From: the human T2T-CHM13v2.0 reference genome, Homo sapiens
Direction: 5' to 3' (one strand)
NCBI RefSeq assembly: GCF_009914755.1
Contig: NC_060929.1
DNA length: 64,000 nt
Below the pieces are notes generated by a model that was given only the letters and a program-made list of their open reading frames with translations, made no database searches and was not told where the DNA came from. Of this stretch, positions 59,831-64,000 are shown in pieces (position 1 is the first letter of the stretch; each line of letters opens with the position of its first letter). Made by a program: the position numbers and the translations under genes.

Positions 59831-61867
59831 CTTCCACCTAACATAACATCTTACAGAGACAAAAATATTTTTTGTCTTTATAAAGAATGGTATTTCAATA
59901 TTTGATTTTATTTTGGTAAATAAAAATATTTTAAATTTTCTTTATTTTAAATTTTCTTTATTTCAGCTTTTAAGTTTTATTCTAAATTACTTGCTTAATA
60001 CTTTATTTTTATAGCACATTGTTCTAAAATCTTTATATCCAGGTAAAAAAGTCCAGCTGTATTGATCAAGGAGTAATTGATGCCTAAATGATAACACATT
60101 TCCTCAATAGAATTCCCAAAGGGCTCTTGGTTAAGGGGAAAGCTGCTTACAACTACATGTGTGTGCAGGCTGCATCTTAACTGATGGAATCAGCCTGTTG
60201 CCACATGGCTTCTGAAGTATTTATGTCTGATTGGAAACTCTTCAGCTTGTATCAGATGCTGGAAAAATACTTTATTGTCTGAGATTTTCTGTTTGTCGAA
60301 GATGACAGTAAAAAAGTTTGAGCATGCAATCACCTGTTCTCATTTTTCACATACAGAGCTTTAGGTAATGTCCAGTCATAATAAATAAACTGTAGCCCTA
60401 ATTATCCCCTGTAATGTTTACAAAAGCTAAGGGAAGGTGGTACATAGAATAAGAGAGGGAGATGAGAGCTGAAGGTGTATTGCTTATTCATTTGAAATGG
60501 AGGGAGGATGTTTCCATTTCAAATGCAGAATTAATTAATCAACCACAGCTTCGGGGCAACTAGAAGTAGTCTCTGGAGACCTAAAACTTGTCTTGTGTGT
60601 TTATTCAAGCCCTCAACTCCCAGGAAATTGTTTATTGTTATTTTTAATTAATCAGCTAAAAATGTGTGTTTAAAATGTTGTGAGTATATTTAGATTCTCT
60701 TGGGTCATGTGGCTTTATTCTAGGAATTTTGTGGGAAAGTGAGGCTGGACTGTATGAGGGCTGAGCAGGGACCAGGACCCGTGTCAGGGAGTCACCTAAC
60801 CCTGCTGGGGCTGTGCTCTCCGTCACCCCCAGGCGGAGCTCTGCCAAGATTTCTGCCTAAGTCTTCTTGATACACTGCATCTGGCCCTAGGTCCCATGAG
60901 TAAGTTCCCCTTTAAGGAGATATAAACCATGTATTCTGGGACATCATAAAGAGGGTGGAAATTTTAATGTATCTAGGAAGAAAGGAAATTTATTTCACAA
61001 TAGACTTCCTCTTCAAAGCATATCTGTAAAAAGGCAGCCACAGCAATGACACGTAATGCTCCCCACCCCTCTACTCCTGGGGGAGGCCCGGACCTTAAGA
61101 GAGCTAAGTAGTTTAGACCTTGGAAAATGACCCTTCTCTTTAGTAATCCAAGTTAGAGCAAAAATTGTTCAGCACATAATATTACTGAAATCCTTCCCTT
61201 TAATGATATTTCTGTGGTTCATAGATGGGAAATGGGAAGTAGAAGTTTATCACTTCTTTCACGTTCCCCCTATATGTTTGGATTCCTTTCATGTCCTTAA
61301 ATTTCCATTTCCTAGTATGAAAAATGAAGATTATGTGTGTTGCCTCTCAAGGACTATATATAGAGAGTAAAATTTAATCATACAAAGGCCTTTTAAAAAT
61401 TAAATTATTTTAATAATTTTCCCACATTGATTGAGATGATTATTTAGATAAATTTCAATATGGTTTAAATTCTAATTTTAACATGCTCCCATTAGTGCAT
61501 CTACCCACCTGCTCATCCATTTCTCCTTTCATCCACCCATTCACTTCTCAAACAGTAATTGCTGATATATGGTCCTCATTAGTCATTTGTGCAAATTTAT
61601 GAAGGTACGTGAACGAACAAGCCTACGCACCTGCTCTCAACGAACTTAGGAATGATCTGGTAAAGGAGGAAAGTGAATATTATAATATGATACATGACAT
61701 GAGAAAGGTGTGTGCACGGTATCTAGGTAAGAGGTATGTGGTCCATCTACCTCTGTAGGGTATGGGGGACACATAGATTTGGATGATTTGGGTATTAAAG
61801 GGTAAATAGGAGTATTGCAGGCAGACAGCAAGACCAATTTTAGGAAAATGAATCAGCAGTGGGAAAA

Positions 61868-62253
61868 TGTGTTAGGCAGAATAATGGCCCCCAAGAATGT
61901 GCATGTCCTGCTTCCTAGAATATTTGAATGTGTTATCTTACCAGGCAAAAGAGACTTTGCAGATGTGATTACAGATCTTGAGATACAGAGATTGGCCTTG
62001 GATTATCCAGGTAAATCCAGTGTAATCACTGGTGTCCTTATAAGAGCAAAGGAGAAGAGTCAGAGTCAGAATCCAAGAAAGATATGTACAATGCAAAGAG
62101 TTGTCAAAGTCAGAGATAGGCTCATTGGAAAATGCTTTGCTTCTAGCTTTAAAAATGGAGAAGGGGCTACAAGTCAACAAATGCAAGTGGTCTCCAGAAG
62201 TGCAAAATGTCAAGGAAATGGATTCTCTGCTAGAGCCTCCAGCAGGAACTCAG
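61868..62253 (+). mobile_element. MLT1D-like LTR, 3'-truncated
   Basis: TGTGTTAGGCAGAATAATGGCCCCCAA..GACTTTGCAGATGTGATTA..GGATTCTCTGCTAGAGCCTCCAG. Confidence 0.85.
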
Positions 62254-62999
62254 TAGAAAGTTAGAGAAAATGAGAAGACACTTCTGCCCTCAGAAATGGT
62301 ACCATGTAATGTCAAATAATCATGTGCTAGTTAAAGCAGAAATAACCACTATATGTTGCTGGGGAGAAAATTTTTGAAATTCTTCACATATTCCATTCGT
62401 AGGACTAAGCATTTCTCTGAATAAAGAGGATTTTTTTTTTCTGCTTGTGACATTTAGTAAGTCGGATCCCTGCTTATCTAAAATTTTACCTGATAGTAGT
62501 GTCCATCTACCTGATAGACAGAAGTATCTCTTTCACAACAGAATTGCCTTTTTCTTGAGCAGGAACAAACAGTGAAACTCATGAATGTAGTTGGGGCAAT
62601 AATTTTTCCAAATTCTTTATTATGTTCATAGTGTGAATATACGCTGGGATGCAGTCTTTGAACATGATATTAAGCACCTAAAATATACCAATGCATCTTG
62701 CAGATGCTTTTCGAATACAGGATTTGTATAGAGGGTGTATAATAAAGGACTTGGAAGCAACTGCAGTTACTCCAGTGGAATGGAAGTGATCTCAAGATTG
62801 TATGAGGGAGCAGAAAACCATAGGCAACACCTCAAAACCCACAGAGGAAAGAGTTTTACCTGAAAGACATGGGGAGACTATTTCAGGTGAAATGAATGGA
62901 ACCTAGTATAGTTCAGATGTGAAAAAGAAATATGTGTAGGGGATGGTGGAATATTCCATCTATTTCTACAATACTGGCAAAATATAAAGGCTGATGGGA

Positions 63000-63254
63000 G
63001 GCTGCAGAGAAAAGTGTAGGTTTTTTAAGACAGGCAGAACTGAGTTCAGGTCCCAGCTTTGCTCCTTACCATGTGTATAACTTTATGCCACTTCACTGAA
63101 CCTTACTGTGCTTTAGTTGTCATCTGTAAAATGGGGTAGCAATGCCTTCCTCACAGTGTTGTCAGTTACCAGGATTCAGTGAAAGAATAGATGTATAGAG
63201 CTTAGCAGTATGCCTGGCACACAGGAAACTCTTAATAAACTTAGTTATTATTAT
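63000..63254 (+). mobile_element. MIR (MIRb-like), near full length
   Basis: CTGAGTTCAGGTCCCAGCT..TCATCTGTAAAATGGGG..TGCCTGGCACACAG..TAATAAACTTAGTTATTATTA. Confidence 0.85.
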
Positions 63255-64000
63255 GAGAACCTACTGCATTACAACTTGGAGTGTCTTACTATGATCTCTT
63301 CTCAAATCTGCAGTCACCAACCTGGTCTTTGAATTAACTAGCTGAAGGCAGAGCAGATACACAAACATAGAACAACAGTCCCGGGGGGAGACAAGCTCCA
63401 GTAAGGCCCTGTTGCCCCTTTTGCCATAGAGCAGCAACCAGGTGTGGTTTTTCAGAAATGCCTTTATGAGAGGTTTGGACTTCAGGGTCTATGCACTTGA
63501 TGTACTGAAACCTCCACTGGATGCTAGTTCCAAATGCATCCAGTTAGCTGTCTGGATAACTTTGTTTACTATTCATCTGGTCACTCTCAGGCCTTTAAAT
63601 CCTGGGCAATTTCACCCAGACTTGCTGTCCTGCACTTGTTTTGTAAATGGGATCGACTTCATTGAGGTCCTTCAGGATCATAAAGGAATAAATTTATCTT
63701 TTTGTTTCGTTGTTCATTGTGTATTTAGATTTAGAAAGCCCTGCATTTGGTAGAGCACATTCCTTTACATGATTAACTGTTGTTAAATTAATTTGACAGC
63801 ACTTAAGTAATCTAGCCTCACACTAAGTAGGCTCCATATCAAACCAAGCAGTCTTCCTGATCCCTCTATCTGAATCACCCCATCTTGTTTGGAAACCCTC
63901 TTATCTGAGTTAGGGACTTATTCCCACTCTACTTGTGTTCCTTCTTATTCCTGAACCTTTCTCTCTGTATAGCCCTGAACAAAATATAGTGGCCCTCTAG

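Noticed and set aside
59927-59963. 16-bp AT-rich tandem duplication
   Set aside because: Low-complexity slippage, unremarkable
61815-62264. 149-aa ORF
   Set aside because: Lies almost wholly in an MLT1D LTR; non-ATG start

Overview
This is primate (most likely human) nuclear genomic DNA, AT-rich, CpG-depleted and without a CpG island. It reads as part of a large intron or intergenic region. I found no credible protein-coding exon. The supplied ORFs are Alu, L1, LTR or Tigger read-throughs or chance frames, and only the decayed Tigger1 transposase fragments are recognisably protein-like. A large share of the window is interspersed repeat: about 20 Alus (J, S, Y), L1 fragments of several ages, MIR/L2, solo LTRs (four THE1, MSTB-like, several MLT1, MLT2, MER4A, LTR2/HERV-E, LTR16, LTR33) and DNA transposons (near full-length Tigger1, full-length piggyBac-type MER75, MER5A, MARNA). 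The most notable items are nested insertions with intact target-site duplications (MER75 in an MST LTR, LTR2 in THE1, three retroelements in Tigger1), a 35-nt U2 snRNA retro-fragment, a ~750-bp repeat-free motif-dense block at ~31.1-31.8 kb that looks like a conserved enhancer, a few + strand cryptic or non-coding exon candidates, and a perfect 13-bp hairpin. I cannot name the host gene, and I see no evidence for a genuinely novel biological system. Repeat subfamily calls come from recalled consensus sequences, not from a database search.
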